A stretch of DNA of 63,910 bases, filler included, from Octopus bimaculoides (taxonomy: Eukaryota), in assembly GCF_001194135.2 (NCBI RefSeq). It is 5 parts of 4 records of this genome, joined end to end, with 100 filler letters (N's around TTAATTAATTAA, not from the genome) between each part and the next. Parts side by side here need not be neighbours in the genome. Positions count along the whole stretch, not along the records: positions 62,848 to 63,910 come from NW_026322886.1; 4 more parts are not named here. One strand, 5' to 3'. Position 1 is the stretch's first letter. Every line of letters begins with the position of its first letter. The notes below the pieces were generated by a model, which saw only the letters and a list, made by a program, of their open reading frames with translations, had not been told where the DNA came from and did no database searches. Both the position numbers and the translations under genes were made by a program. Below are positions 62,848 to 63,910 of this stretch, piece by piece.

Positions 62848-63910
62848 TCATCGATATACAACGCAGCAGCAATAAACACATCATACGACATAGACTCATC
62901 GACTTACGGCACACCTGAATATGAAATATCAAGATATGAAACTTCAACGTATGATATATCAACTTACGAATCATCAATATACGACATCACCCCGTACAAA
63001 ACGTCGACTGACTCTTTACTGTATGACATACTGACACATACAACGACGTACGAAGCACCAACATATGACATTGCAACATACGAAACATCAATATACAACC
63101 TATCAACGTACAACATAACGTACAACGTATCAACATACAATACATCAACAACATATGATGAGTCAACATATGACCACAAATGGATATATGGTATATCAAC
63201 ATATGATATCCCAATATATGATACAAGATATGACACATCAACGTACGACACGTCAACATATTACACATCAACAGATGCAATAATACAGTCCTCAACATAC
63301 AACACATCCATATACGATATATCAGCAGCATATAACATAACAACAAACACCTCAAAGTACGACTCCTCAATATATGATACTTCAACGTATGGCACATCAA
63401 AATATGACACATACCCTTACGATTCATCAACATACCACTCATCAACTTACGACACATCAACGAAANNNNNNNNNNTTACGATTCATCAACATACCACTCA
63501 TCAACTTACGACACATCAACGAAAGATCTATTTTATTACGTAGTGTCAGAATATGGCACCTCAACAGAGACATCAACATACGATCCATTGATAGAATCGT
63601 CAACATACAACANNNNNNNNNNACAGAGACATCAACATACGATCCATTGATAGAATCGTCAACATACAACACCTCAACAACATACAACATAACAACAAAC
63701 ACGTCAACATACGATTACTCAACATACGCAACATCAACTTACGGCACATCAGCATACGATACACTCCCTTACGATACATCAACACACCATGTAGCAACCT
63801 ATGGCACACCAGCGTACAACATATTCGCCGACGATGTATCACCGTATTACACATCAGCAGAGACATCAACATACGAAACGTTGCCACAATCATCTACATA
63901 CAACTCGTCA
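62848..63910 (+). CDS. Partial exon encoding a Tyr/Thr/Ser/Asp-rich (YDTST)n pentapeptide-repeat protein, open at both ends
   Basis: Frame starting at 62848 gives 206 stop-free codons (SSIYNAAAINTSYDIDSSTYGTPEYEISRYETSTYDISTYESS...). After removing two 49-nt gap-flanking overlaps it is 945 nt (315 codons) with no stop. Tyr, Thr and Ser codons vary at synonymous positions and unit-length changes are multiples of 3. Confidence 0.8.

Noticed and set aside
62964-63893. Minus-strand ORFs (SYVDV and MLM repeats) over the terminal repeat
   Set aside because: They are shorter and interrupted by stops. They are antisense shadows of the uninterrupted plus-strand frame.

Overview
AT-rich, gapped eukaryotic genomic DNA dominated by transposons and microsatellites. 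The SINE, RTE, Dong/R4 and Penelope repertoire suggests a cephalopod, most likely Octopus (inference, not database-verified). Mobile content: a near-complete Penelope-like retroelement with Naiad-type motifs and a hammerhead ribozyme (6.4-11.0 kb, minus), two more Naiad fragments, several short hammerhead-bearing non-autonomous elements, RTE, Dong/R4, L1/Tx1-like and CR1-like LINE relics, mariner and MULE transposase relics, hairpin MITEs and dozens of tRNA-derived SINE pieces. The best host-gene signal is at the far end (62848-63910, +): a Met-free frame missed by the ORF track. It is stop-free for 315 codons once two gap-flanking assembly overlaps are collapsed, and encodes a Tyr/Thr/Ser/Asp-rich (YDTST)n pentapeptide-repeat protein with a 78-aa higher-order repeat. 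No rRNA, true tRNA or CRISPR array is supported. Most long ORFs in the track are microsatellite or N-gap artefacts. TE boundaries are approximate unless stated.
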